From positions 90,140,819-90,204,818 of the forward strand of contig NC_068982.1 of the NCBI RefSeq assembly GCF_001194135.2: a DNA stretch of 64,000 nt, written 5' to 3'. The stretch comes from Octopus bimaculoides (lineage: Eukaryota). Of this stretch, positions 12,949 through 25,195 are shown in pieces. Under the pieces are notes generated by a model that did no database searches, had not been told where the DNA came from, and saw nothing but the letters and a program-made list of their open reading frames with translations. The position numbers and the translations under genes are program-made. Positions within the stretch are counted from its first letter, which is position 1; each line of letters opens with the position of its first letter.

Positions 12949-13066
12949 GTCTCTAAGCAACACAGGTTTATAAAGTGTAATGAAGCTCGAAGACGCGAGT
13001 TTTACAGTAAGTCACATGACACATGTTGTAGCTTAGCAACGCAAAAGTACTGTTGCAATGGAAAAC
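12949..13066. promoter_or_regulatory. Candidate regulatory element: RFX X-box-like motifs plus E-box-like palindrome
   Basis: gtctctaagcaac (12949-12961), gtcacatgac (13011-13020), gttgtagcttagcaac (13025-13040) and gttgcaatggaaaac (13052-13066) in unique sequence; motif evidence only. Confidence 0.3.
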
Positions 13067-13894
13067 GTTGTGTAAGTGATGCAGAAAAAACGCTACTCAG
13101 TTAAACGTGATGTAATAGATGATTGGTATAGATTTCTTCGAGGCGTGTACACCATTTGTGTCTATTAAAATGAATACAGGATCATAAAGTTTCAGATTTA
13201 ATATCATATATGTGAAATTGAGTGTGAAAGTGTTATATANNNNNNNNNNNNNNNNNNNNNNNNNNNNNNNNNNNNNNNNNNNNNNNNNNNNNNNNNNNNN
13301 NNNNNNNNNNNNNNNNNNNNNNNNNNNNNNNNNNNNNNNNNNNNNNNNNNNNNNNNNNNNNNNNNNNNNNNNNNNNNNNNNNNNNNNNNNNNNNNNNNNN
13401 NNNNNNNNNNNNNNNNNNNNNNNNNNNNNNNNNNNNNNNNNNNNNNNNNNNNNNNNNNNNNNNNNNNNNNNNNNNNNNNNNNNNNNNNNNNNNNNNNNNN
13501 NNNNNNNNNNNNNNNNNNNNNNNNNNNNNNNNNNNNNNNNNNNNNNNNNNNNNNNNNNNNNNNNNNNNNNNNNNNNNNNNNNNNNNNNNNNNNNNNNNNN
13601 NNNNNNNNNNNNNNNNNNNNNNNNNNNNNNNNNNNNNNNNNNNNNNNNNNNNNNNNNNNNNNNNNNNNNNNNNNNNNNNNNNNNNNNNNNNNNNNNNNNN
13701 NNNNNNNNNNNNNNNNNNNNNNNNNNNNNNNNNNNNNNNNNNNNNNNNNNNNNNNNNNNNNNNNNNNNNNNNNNNNNNNNNNNNNNNNNNNNNNNNNNNN
13801 NNNNNNNNNNNNNNNNNNNNNTGTGAGTTCGTGTGTTGAAGCATATTCTGTTGTGTTTGGGGAGAGTCACTCTCTTTTACTGTCTTATAATTTA

Positions 13895-14015
13895 ACACAT
13901 TTACTCACCGGTAAAATTTCCATTTCTTTCTTTTTTATTTTTCTAAAGTTTTCGTTGCGTCTTGCAACCTTTTCAATAGATTTGACTCCGTCCGTTACTC
14001 ACACTGCGTTTCTTT
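13895..14015 (-). mobile_element. Probable Penelope-like pseudo-LTR fragment (hammerhead, AATAAA, ATG, splice donor)
   Basis: Minus-strand order: hammerhead 13980-13942, AATAAA 13939-13934, ATG 13923-13921 (reads MEILP), donor GTGAGT 13908-13903. Confidence 0.5.
13942..13980 (-). ncRNA. Minimal type-I hammerhead ribozyme motif, U3-A8 core variant
   Basis: Minus strand: UCUA | UUGAAAA | G | GUUGC aagac GCAAC | GAA | A ac U | U | UAGA. Stem I 4/4 bp, stem II 5/5 bp, 1-bp stem III. Confidence 0.65.
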
Positions 14016-14523
14016 TTCTTTGTTTGTGCGCATGCGTGTGGATCAGTGTGTGTGTGTGCCTATACATTCATGCGTGTATGTATGTATACATGTGTGTATG
14101 CATGTATGTGTGTGCGTACGTATCTATTTATGCTTGTACATTTGTATGTATGTATTCTGTATATTCATGTGTTTGCATGTCCGTGTTTGTGTGTTTTTAT
14201 GCATGTGCATGTGTGCATGTGCTTGTATGTGTGTGTGTATGTACCGCTGTTTCCTTGTGTTTGCTTGTCTGAGTGTGTGTGTGTGTGTGTGTATGTATTT
14301 TGCAACTATGCACTGTATTTGTATGTATAGATGCGCATCTCCATATATGTGTCCTCGTGTGCAGTAAAGTGTCCTTGTGTGAACTAAAAAGTGTGTGCAT
14401 ATATGGTCAAGTGTTGCAGTCTTCATTTCCGTATGTGTGCTTGTTTGTTCATATAACCTATGTAACTATCCGTCTGTATGTTGATCTGTTTCCTTTCATA
14501 TCCATATACTTACATACATGTGC

Positions 14524-14558
<35 letters not shown>

Positions 14559-15341
14559 NNNNNNNNNNNNNNNNNNNNNNNNNNNNNNNNNNNNNNNNNN
14601 NNNNNNNNNNNNNNNNNNNNNNNNNNNNNNNNNNNNNNNNNNNNNNNNNNNNNNNNNNNNNNNNNNNNNNNNNNNNNNNNNNNNNNNNNNNNNNNNNNNN
14701 NNNNNNNNNNNNNNNNNNNNNNNNNNNNNNNNNNNNNNNNNNNNNNNNNNNNNNNNNNNNNNNNNNNNNNNNNNNNNNNNNNNNNNNNNNNNNNNNNNNN
14801 NNNNNNNNNNNNNNNNNNNNNNNNNNNNNNNNNNNNNNNNNNNNNNNNNNNNNNNNNNNNNNNNNNNNNNNNNNNNNNNNNNNNNNNNNNNNNNNNNNNN
14901 NNNNNNNNNNNNNNNNNNNNNNNNNNNNNNNNNNNNNNNNNNNNNNNNNNNNNNNNNNNNNNNNNNNNNNNNNNNNNNNNNNNNNNNNNNNNNNNNNNNN
15001 NNNNNNNNNNNNNNNNNNNNNNNNNNNNNNNNNNNNNNNNNNNNNNNNNNNNNNNNNNNNNNNNNNNNNNNNNNNNNNNNNNNNNNNNNNNNNNNNNNNN
15101 NNNNNNNNNNNNNNNNNNNNNNNNNNNNNNNNNNNNNNNNNNNNNNNNNNNNNNNNNNNNNNNNNNNNNNNNNNNNNNNNNNNNNNNNNNNNNNNNNNNN
15201 NNNNNNNNNNNNNNNNNNNNNNNNNNNNNNNNNNNNNNNNNNNNNNNNNNNNNNNNNNNNNNNNNNNNNNNNNNNNNNNNNNNNNNNNNNNNNNNNNNNN
15301 NNNNNNNNNNNNNNNNNNNNNNNNNNNNNNNNNNNNNNNNN

Positions 15342-16750
15342 TAATCTGGGTCAACTTCACATCCGTATCTTATCCAAGCACCCGAAGGACCCAACACTCA
15401 GAGAAATACAGGAGTACGTCCTCATAAATGAAACTTCCCCAATACTAAATAGGAAATATACATAGTAGATATCATACCTCCATACCCACATTTGGATAGT
15501 TGAATGCTTGCAGATGTTTAGTGTTGTTGACAACATCACAAATTTTCTGATGCATAGCATGAAAGAGTGGAAAACCAAATTGTACTCAAGTAATGTATTC
15601 CTTGGGGAAGTTTACTCCCTTGCTTTTTGTAATTGCACTAATACGCCATAACAATGACACTTAGGAAAGTTAAGATGGGTTAGCGATGTGGGAGGAAGGT
15701 CTACCATCGAACTATCTTCTGTTTATAGATGACCGGAAATTGTTTGGGTTATCTGGACAATTTATAGATTTCTTGATCAAAACAGTCCAGAGGTGTAGTA
15801 GGGACATCGGTATGGAATTTGGGATCACTAAATGCTCAGTACTTAATATGAAAAGATGGAAGAAAGTAGCCTGCAGAGGATTGCGTTTACCAGCAGGAGA
15901 AACCGTGGATAAACCCGATGGTAGTGGGTATAGATATTTAGGGATTTTGGAGCTTGATGACATTCTACACAGAGAAATGAAAGTCAAGGTCAGCGAGGAG
16001 TATCAGAAAAGGTGAAAATGGTGTTGAAATCCAACCTGAATTCCGAAAATATGATTACTGCAATGAATATCTGGGCAGTTGCGGTGGTCAGATATAGAGT
16101 GTCCATCTTTCGCTACCAATTCAGTCAAGTCATCTATAAAACGTCTGACACTCAGAAATGCAGATTCTGTGGAAAGAGTGTGGAAAATGTGACCCATTTG
16201 GTAAGTGGATGCGAGAGCCTTGCACATAAAGAATATAAACGCCACCACGATAAAGTGTGTGTCTATCTTCATTGGGTCTTATACCGTAAATGCTAATATG
16301 ATGTAACAGAGATCTGGTATGAGCATGTACCAAGTAAAGTTATGCAGGAAGATGGAAAAGTAACGATACTTTGGGACTAAGATTTTCAGACGGGTCGTGT
16401 AATCGAACACCGTCGGCCGGATATTGTCATATTGAATAAGAAAGACAAATACTGTCAGATCATTGATGTAAACATACCAAATGACATGAATTTTGTGAGT
16501 AAAGAGGTTGAAAAAATCACAAAGGACTCCTAATTGAAAAAGGACATGGCAAAGCTGTATGGAATGCGAGAAGGTATGTAAAATATCAGTGGTGATCGGA
16601 GCGTTGGGCTCAATCCCACTGAATCTTCAAGACTTTTTAAGGCAACTGGAAATACCTTGCACAATTGATGTCTTGCAAAAAGCAGCCTTACTGGGCACAG
16701 CGCACATCTTAAGGAAAGTATTATCTGTTTGAGGTCCTTGTGTCTTGACA
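15342..16750 (+). mobile_element. R4/Dong-like non-LTR retrotransposon (RT, CCHC zinc knuckle, restriction-like endonuclease), decayed with internal deletions
   Basis: PHIWIVECLQMF..WKT.L; PLLFVIAL; LLFIDD (YMDD-like); GMEFGITKC; YRYLGILE; CRFCGKSVENVTHLVSGC..LAHKEYKRHHDKV; RPDIVILNK..IIDV; ends at (GAA)n. Confidence 0.9.
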
Positions 16751-16755
16751 ATAAA

Positions 16756-16887
16756 GAAGAAGAAGAAGAAGAAGAAGAAGAAGAAGAAGAAGAAGAAGAA
16801 GAAGAAGAAGAAGAAGAAGAAGAAGAAGAAGAAGAAGAAGAAGAAGAAGAAGAAGAAGAAGAAGAAGAAGAAGAAGAAGAAGAAGAA
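16756..16887 (+). repeat. Perfect (GAA)44 trinucleotide tract
   Basis: 132 nt uninterrupted, counted from the sequence. Confidence 0.98.
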
Positions 16888-17970
16888 GGGGTGGAAGAGG
16901 CCTCATAGGATGCAACGAGTAGAACATCAAACATTAGAGTGAACCCTTGCTTATCGCTGTTAGAATTAACAATACCTCTACCGAAAATGTGATGCAAGCG
17001 CAAATATTAAGAAACAAGATGAAGAAGACAGATTAAACAACTGGAAAATGAAACCACTGCATGTGCAATACATTAGATAAATCGAAGGAAAAGACAAGAT
17101 CAATACTTGGAGATGGCTAAGAAAAAGTGATCTGAAAGAATATACTAAGGCATTGATATGCAGCTCCCAAGAACAAGCTCTGAGAACTAATTATGCCAAG
17201 TTCCAAATAGACAAGAATAGCGAATCGCCCTTTTGTAAGATGTGTGGCAGCAGAAACGAAACCATCTCACAAATTGTGAGTGAGTGTAGCAAGCCGGCCC
17301 CAAAGCACTACAAAACGAGGCACGATAACGTGGCTAAGTTTGTCCATTGGAGGCTATATGAAAAGTACGGCCTGAAAAGTGCATGGAAATGGTACGAACT
17401 TGAAGGAGTCAATGAGAACAAGGAACATAAGATACTGTGGAATTTTACAATCCTTAATCGAGGCGAGGAGACCAGATGTTGTTGTGGTAGATAAAGGAAA
17501 ACAGGAAAACAAGATCATAGATATTGCAATACCTGGAGATGCACGCACAAGTGACAATAAGCTTGAAAAGATTAAAAAGTACAGACTACTAAAAGACGAA
17601 ATTACAAGAATGTGGTCTATGAAGGGAGTGCCTATCATTCCAGTAGTTGTAGAGGTACTTAGAGCGCTAACAACCAAGTTCGAGAAATATGTCAAAGAAA
17701 TATGAATTGACATGAGAAGAGAGCAAGCCGCCAAAACTGCTCTGGTGGGGACAGCTAGGATTTTGAGATTGGTACTTGGATGTTGAATTAATTAAAAACC
17801 AATTATCAAAGCTTATAATATGCGGAAAGAGACACTGTGAGACCTCTGACGGCAGGTTACTGTCCGCTCTCACAAAATCTACCAAAACAAACAAGACCGA
17901 ATGTTATGAGAAGTAAAGCAATAGTAAAAAAAAACAAATAAATAAATAAATAAATAACTAAATAAATAAA
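16884..17970 (+). mobile_element. Second R4/Dong-like LINE, 5'-truncated, different subfamily
   Basis: Starts RRGGRGLIGC; QEQALRTNY; CKMCGSRNETISQIVSEC..HYKTRHDNV; RPDVVVVDK..IIDIAIPGD..EK..KY; LVGTARIL; 3' UTR and (AAAT)n tail. Confidence 0.9.
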
Positions 17971-18589
17971 AGAAGCAGCCGATAAGGAAATCCAAGCAAA
18001 ACATAAGTCGAACTTACTGCTCAAGCGATGGTCGTCCGCAATCAACATTATAATTAATCGATTCTTATCAAAATCTTTAATGATAACTATTTATTAAAGA
18101 CCGAATTTTCATTGGTGTCAACAACTTATAAGTACAACCAATTAATATCAGAAGTGCAGAGATTAGTTCTTCGTATAAAGCAACAAGGTCTGACACAAGT
18201 TCGCATATATGCGTAAACGCAAAACACACACGCACACACACATACACACACAGAGGAAACTATCCGTGTGTCGTGTCTAAAGAGAGATGGGGAGGGAAGG
18301 AGAGAGAGAAAGGGAGTTTGTGAAAGTGTTAGTGTGTGTGAGAGAGAGAGAGAGTGTGTGTCAGATATACAAAGCTAAAGAAGTACATGCATACAAGCAT
18401 ACATACATACATGCATACATACACTTACACATACATAAGCACACAAACACAAACATGTACATATGTACGTATGTCATTATTCAGTTTTATTTCAAGATTT
18501 CTTGCCAGTTGAGAAAGAGCTGGTTTCTAACCTAGGTCCAAGGCTCCTTCATTGGAATTTCAACATCAACAACAAGGTATTTTTGTATG

Positions 18590-18665
18590 CATGTATGTAT
18601 TTATACGTGCAGATTTGTATGTTTTGTTTTATGTATGTCTTTTCATGCATATGTATGTATGTATG

Positions 18666-18699
<34 letters not shown>

Positions 18700-18765
18700 T
18701 GTGTGTGTGTATGTATGTATGTATGTATGTATGCATGCATGTATGTATGTACGTATGTATGCATG
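18590..18765. repeat. (TATG)n microsatellite region
   Basis: Directly visible; explains the MYVCMYV and HTYI ORFs. Confidence 0.95.
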
Positions 18766-20120
18766 TAAAAATTAAAGTAAAAAATGAAAGGGCAAACCGT
18801 TTGGCATCACTTGAAAATACATTTAATTTTGACAGAGAATATAGATATACAGAGTCGCTTACAGCTGTTTCTAAATAGTCAGTCATGCGAGTGGATCATC
18901 ATATAGAGGGGGAGAAGTCAGAGTGATGTAAATGAGACGGAAAATTCCCCAATCGAGTGTATCAGTGTATTCTAGTTTGACGAGAAGGTGGGAAGATCAG
19001 AATAAAACAGAAATGCGTTAGGTAAATCCATGATCAAATGAAAAATATAGTTATAGGTAATATCCAATAGCATCATTAAATGAGAATGTTTGATGATAAT
19101 GCGAGGAATAGTAGACGTTACCAGTTCCAGATTTAAATAGGGAATGAATGAGGTTAAAATAGGAATATTATACAATAATCAGGAGGAAAGAGAGACAGGT
19201 AGGTGTAGTAGAGTAGATATGTACTGGTCAGTATGGTTGGAGTATGCTAGTTGAGAGAGGTTAGGTGTGCATATATAGAGACATTTAGAGAAAGAGATGA
19301 AGGATAGCAGATGTCAAATGACCACTAAGGCTGGCCAGAATTGGCAAAAATAGCAGGGCAGGGACGACGTTTAGTGATAGTAATGAAGCGGTTGTGATGG
19401 ATGAAGAAGATGTCAAGCTAAAGGGGGCCTGATAACAGCGAAAGGGAGATTTAGGAATGGCATAATTGTAGTAGTAATTGAAATAGATACCCATAATGAT
19501 AAATATAAAATATAAATTTGTGGTGTTAATGAAGGTGTATGCTCACTGGGAACCGAGGGATGAAAATAAAGATTTAAAACGATGAATCAAAAATAAGTCA
19601 AAGGTAAATATATATAGAAAAGTAAATACATTATGGAAATATATTTACTAAGGTTAGGAATGTAGGAAATACAGTGCCAATGGACAATAGGAACCAGATA
19701 TATAAAATAAATTTATGAAGAGAGCTGGAAAGATTGATTCATTATATGCATTTTATTAATTCGTATATAGCTCCAAACCAGAAAGAAAGAGACCTAGTAA
19801 TGTTCTATTAATTACGAGGGTGTTGCAGCTGAGAGGATATTCTATTAGTTATGATCTAGGTGAGAGGAGTTAAATATGGAATAAACGAGAGAAAAGATGT
19901 GATGGTATTGTGCATAAACCAATTTAATTCGATATGATGCCTAAGCTAAATGTTAGTGAGAATCAGAAGTAGTTGCTTTACTGCACTTAGACCTGTGGTA
20001 AAAATCGAATGGCTTTAAACGTTTGTAGATACACAAAGAGAAGGGTTCGTGCTGCTTATTTAATAATTGTCTAGGGTTATTTGACAAGATTTGCAGAGAT
20101 TCTTTCAAACACAGCCGATT

Positions 20121-20152
<32 letters not shown>

Positions 20153-20507
20153 NNNNNNNNNNNNNNNNNNNNNNNNNNNNNNNNNNNNNNNNNNNNNNNN
20201 NNNNNNNNNNNNNNNNNNNNNNNNNNNNNNNNNNNNNNNNNNNNNNNNNNNNNNATATACACGCACACACATACAAATATTTAAAGATATAATAAAAAAT
20301 ATAATCATATATATACACTCCACGTGCCATTGTAGATGCAGATATGGGCTTTTGGTTAAGAAGTTTGTTGGGAAATTGCGCTCAATCTCTGTGCAGATAC
20401 CTTCGATAGCCTTGGGCAGATACCTTCGATAGCCTTGGATTGAAAAACTCCTTGTGGCGAATTACGCTCTGTGGAAGTTCATCAAATATATATATATATA
20501 TATATAT

Positions 20508-20542
<35 letters not shown>

Positions 20543-21344
20543 TATAAACATCTAATATGGGATAACATTTTTTACAAAAAAATTCCATCCAAGTGGCCAG
20601 CATATTAAAATACGTTTAAAGGTGAAAATTATAAACAATTATAAACAAGGGCAAAAGAAAAACGATTTTTATGCCAATATGCTGAGAATAGACTTTAAAT
20701 CGTCAATCACCACATAAAATATACATTCACTATGAATACACGTCGTGCTAAGATCGAAGAAGGCAAGCTAACAGAATTTTTTTTTTAAATGTATTATTTT
20801 ATCGACTCGGTAGAGATGAAAGCCCAGTTAACAACGGTAGCGTTTGAACCCAGAACAGAATGAGCCAAAAGAACTACTGTCAATCGTTGTGTCTAACACT
20901 AAATGATTCTGCCAGCTAGCCCCTGTTACTGATATAATATAAATATTAAGCGAACGCTCAAAGTAGCTTCTTGTACGTGGTATACTAGCCAATAGCCAAT
21001 TGTGGTACATTTTTCATGAAAGGTCAATAACTTTTAAGATATTACGTAAAATGTGCTAAGTAGAATTCTCTATCTCACTCGAAGACACATGAAAGTATTT
21101 TCAAAATGATATGAAATCAGAAAATATATGCAGACACCGTCCATAAATAAAACACTCGCATACACATACGTGTCAGTCTATTAACATAGCCATACAAATA
21201 CTTTGATTAGTAGAATAATAAATATAGAGAAATACGTCTCCTTGATACCTTTCTCTCAGTTTCTCTCCCTAAATTCTCTCTCTCTCTCTATGTGTGTTTG
21301 TGTGTGAGTGTATATGTATTATATATATATATATTTGAGTGAGT

Positions 21345-21470
21345 GTGTTCGTGTACGTTAAGGTTACGCGTGACTCTGGAGTGCTCAGCCAGTTGCACGA
21401 TAATTCCACGAACAGACTGTTCTGTTAATCAGATCAATTGGAACACAGGTCGTCATAACCAAAGAAGTGG
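21345..21470 (-). mobile_element. Interspersed repeat family C fragment
   Basis: Reverse complement matches 46135-46240 (gtgcaagtggctgagcactccacagacacg...cttaacgt). Confidence 0.7.
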
Positions 21471-21705
21471 CAGCTTTTATATACATACATAATACGCACG
21501 CACATATATAAATGTATCGATTGTGGTACATTTCTCAGCAGCAGTTGATTCACTCAGCAGTTGATTCTTCATAAAAGAAGAACCAGTAGTGTACTGGGAT
21601 CGATATATTACATTACTTTCTCAAATATATGTAGACTTGCCTCTAAGAAATAATATCGTTTGTATTATTATTGTTTATATATATATATATATATATATAT
21701 ACTTA

Positions 21706-21920
21706 TAAAGCCGCAAACTGGCAGAATCATTAGCACGCTGGACAAAATGCTTAGCGTCATTTCGTCCGGCTTTACGTTCTTAATTGAAATTCCGCTGAAG
21801 TCGACTTTGCATTTCATAATTCCGGGATGGATAAATTAAATACCATTTGAGCATTGGGGTCGATGTAATCAGCTTACCGTATCCCTCGAAATTGCTGCCT
21901 TGTGCCAAGATTTAAAATCA
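21706..21920 (+). mobile_element. SINE family A
   Basis: aactggcagaatcattagcacgctggacaaaatgcttagc...gaaattccgctgaagtcgactttgc...ggggtcgatgtaatc. Confidence 0.85.
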
Positions 21921-24277
21921 CTATATACATTAATAAACTTCACATGGCTGAAAGTACTAATCTGAGATAAAAAGAGAAGAGACAAAATAACAGAGCCACC
22001 AACAAGCCCCAATTTCTATTTAGTTCTCTATATACATAAATATTTATGCACTAAAATGTAAGACATCATTTCTTCTGAACGTGACAGTACTATTCTATGT
22101 ATCCAGGGATAATTACATGAGAAATATTTCCCCATTTGTATAAGACACTAAACTGGAGCATCACACTATTTCTGGACACTTTGTCATGACAACAAGCTAA
22201 ACAGACTTAAAGGGATCAAAGGGAATTCATTCTGAAAGTTTAGTCACAATATAAGTGCTATTCTACTATCTATACATTCTTCAATACTCTTTTAGTTTCA
22301 ATAAGAGATAATTTAAGAATCTTCAGTCAGTGAAGCAGAACAGTGATGTACGGAAAGTGGTAGTTTATGCAACACAAGAATAGAATGAATGGGATATACA
22401 TAAACCGATAATTAAGATGATTAACGTCAATATTATATTATAAATAGAAACTTTGCTACGGTGGTGAGGATTAGAAGTGTGAATTTTCTCCCCCAAGAGC
22501 TTGGTTATGACATATAAAAATGAGAGCGCTTTATAATGTTTCTATTGGCTTTGTGTGAAGTAGGGGAGGTATTCATGGTCTTTTCGCAGGGCCTCTGAGA
22601 ACGGAGTGGTTGCTGTCATTCATGTTTCGTTTAAACAATTGCAATGGATTGTTGCATGAGAAACATGTGCATAAACAGGATCGATGTTGTGGAGGAGAAC
22701 TGGTTGCTATAGCGAGTGCGGAGCGTGTGAATGAATATTCTGCGGGTAGAATAAGTGAGACAAGAGTTCCAAAAATAAGTGAGACAAGAGTGCCAGAGCA
22801 AAACACCTCTGCAGCATGTCTCGCAGCATGCATGTTTCCAAGTTTACAAAGGAAGTGTACACTTCTTGCCCATATTCCCACGATTTCTAGAAGACCTGCT
22901 GTAGAGTGAATATCAAGTCGGCTGCGTTGATTTGAAGACTAGAGACACTGTTTACAAGTGGCTTGTTTTATATGTATCAAAACAACCATTAGAAATGATA
23001 GAGTGTGACGATGCATGCTAGAAAGAAAGCACATAAAATACCATTACTCAATCTATCAATCTTTATTGAGATCTATTCCAGCCCCCGAAATCTCTTGATA
23101 CTATATTGCATTGTAAGGAAAAGCAACATTTCTAACTCAGCAAATTACTGGATTAGAGATGTTGCACTTTCTTGTAATGAGAAATCACCTTCTTTCTAAG
23201 AATTCCAAGGTTACCAATACAGGTGGAAACAACCACTGATCCCTGTGGAACTGTAGAAGCTTTGTAACTGAAACAAGTAAAAGAATAAATGAATACATAC
23301 ATACTTGCATACATACAGGCATTATTATATATGAGTAAGCTAAAAGAAAATAATTAGATGGAGCCAATGAAATAATAATCGGTTACAAAATAGACACCGG
23401 GGTCTGATAATTACCATAGATATCTTTGGTGAACTGAGAAGGTAAACAAACGCCTAGAGGTAATTGTTAGTGGTCACACACACACACATGTATATTGCAT
23501 ATATATATATATATATATATANNNNNNNNNNNNNNNNNNNNNNNNNNNNNNNNNNNNNNNNNNNNNNNNNNNNNNNNNNNNNNNNNNNNNNNNNNNNNNN
23601 NNNNNNNNNNNNNNNNNNNNNNNNNNNNNNNNNNNNNNNNNNNNNNNNNNNNNNNNNNNNNNNNNNNNNNNNNNNNNNNNNNNNNNNNNNNNNNNNNNTA
23701 TATATATATATATATATGTATATATATACACATAATATATATATGTGCTTTGGTCATTTATGCATGCGCGATATGTAAACAAAATCAAAGAATTCCATCC
23801 CAGATTGCCACTGCTTCTATAAACAGTAATCTCGAAAATATTATTCGATAAGAACATGGCATTCTGACTTTCTTTAATAGCACAAAATTAGTTCCTACAT
23901 ATATCAAGGCAACAGCGTTGCATTACGCTGTTTATAATATTCTTATGCTAAACTGAGATTTCAATTGAATTTATAGCTTCTTTTTACCAATTTTGAAGCC
24001 ATAATATTGATAGCACATTTCTGAATATCTCTATTACATCATTAATTTTAATACAGAAGAATATTGATTCATAAACTTGGTCGATTGCCATGACTGCGTT
24101 GGAGAGGATGGAGTGCACTTAATTTATTCCTTATTTTCTGCTTTGTACTTAATTTATCGACAGGAAATATTTGAACTCAGTGCTTCAGAACAAGGTGACT
24201 CTAAAACTGTGTAACATCTAGTCCAGTACACACCTGTTTCTACTACACATTTACTATCCTTAGTAATTGCTATACTG

Positions 24278-24480
24278 AGGTAGCTAGCTGACAGAATCGC
24301 TGGCGATTCGGACAAAATGTTTATGGTATTTATTCCGGCTCTTTACGTTATGACGTCAAATTCTGTTGAGGCCGATTTTGTTTTCCATCCTTTCGAGGTC
24401 AGTAAAATAAATACCAGTTTGACTCTGGCTTTGGTTTAGTCGACTTTCCCCTCCCACCAAAACTGGCTACCTTGAAACCG
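24278..24480 (+). mobile_element. SINE family A, diverged
   Basis: Same motif order as the other copies. Confidence 0.7.
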
Positions 24481-25034
24481 CAATTAATCACAGTACGAAA
24501 AGAAAAATAATAATAGAAATCAATATGTCTCGTTGTATTGAAATCGGTGCAGTCATGAGTATGTATTAAGAAGTTTTCTTCACATCAACATTTTGTGGGG
24601 TCTTTTTTTTTCAGTTTTGGTTTTTGTAGCATCTTATCCAACTGCCCATTGCCATTAAAAGTCATCGTCAGTCATAGTTTCAGGTTCACTAAGTGAAATT
24701 TAGTAGACAAAGACTATTAGAGAGAGAGTTACAGATCTGGACGTGGGAGGCTTAGTCTGTCATGCGGTTCAATACCAGCACCATGGTTTGGAGTAACTGC
24801 ATTATCATCTATATTGGTGCAAACAGATCTCCGAAATGAGGATCTGAGGATACTATAACATTCAAGAAGGACACGTTGTATAATGATATCCGACATGAAT
24901 TAAGCCTGAAAAGAAAAGATAGGATGATAGAAGCGGCGGAAACACTTTTGATCGCAAGACTTTTTAATCCTACATGATTGGCACCAAACAACAAAAAGAA
25001 GACAACAGTGGGGTAAATATAATTAAGTGAAAAA

Positions 25035-25195
25035 AAGGTAGCTGTGAGTAAAAATGGTTCACTTCGCAACTATGGGTTTTATGGTTCGAACCCATTGTGC
25101 CGCAACTAGGCAAACTGTCTCCTATTATTGGCTCACACCGATCAAAGTTACCTGAATGAAATTTGATAGACGAAGACTATGGAGAAGTCCATTTG
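25035..25195 (+). mobile_element. SINE family B 5' half (similar halves at 20325-20490 and 28795-28930)
   Basis: ggttcgaacccattg B-box-like head and a degenerate ggcaa.tgtc block. Confidence 0.6.

Noticed and set aside
13909-13923. Host first coding exon MEILP
   Set aside because: Not called as a CDS because the upstream sequence folds as a hammerhead followed by AATAAA, which fits a PLE pseudo-LTR better.
20393-20438. Perfect 23-bp tandem duplication (gcagataccttcgatagccttgg x2)
   Set aside because: Only two units with no spacer, inside a SINE remnant; not CRISPR-like.
22573-22909. Overlapping 99-aa and 102-aa ORFs
   Set aside because: No recognisable domain; the apparent peptide repeat comes from an 18-bp DNA duplication.
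24840-24985. Protein-looking frame GSEDTITFKKDTLYNDIRHELSLKRKDRMIEAAETLLIARLFNPT
   Set aside because: Only about 45 codons, no start codon or splice support.
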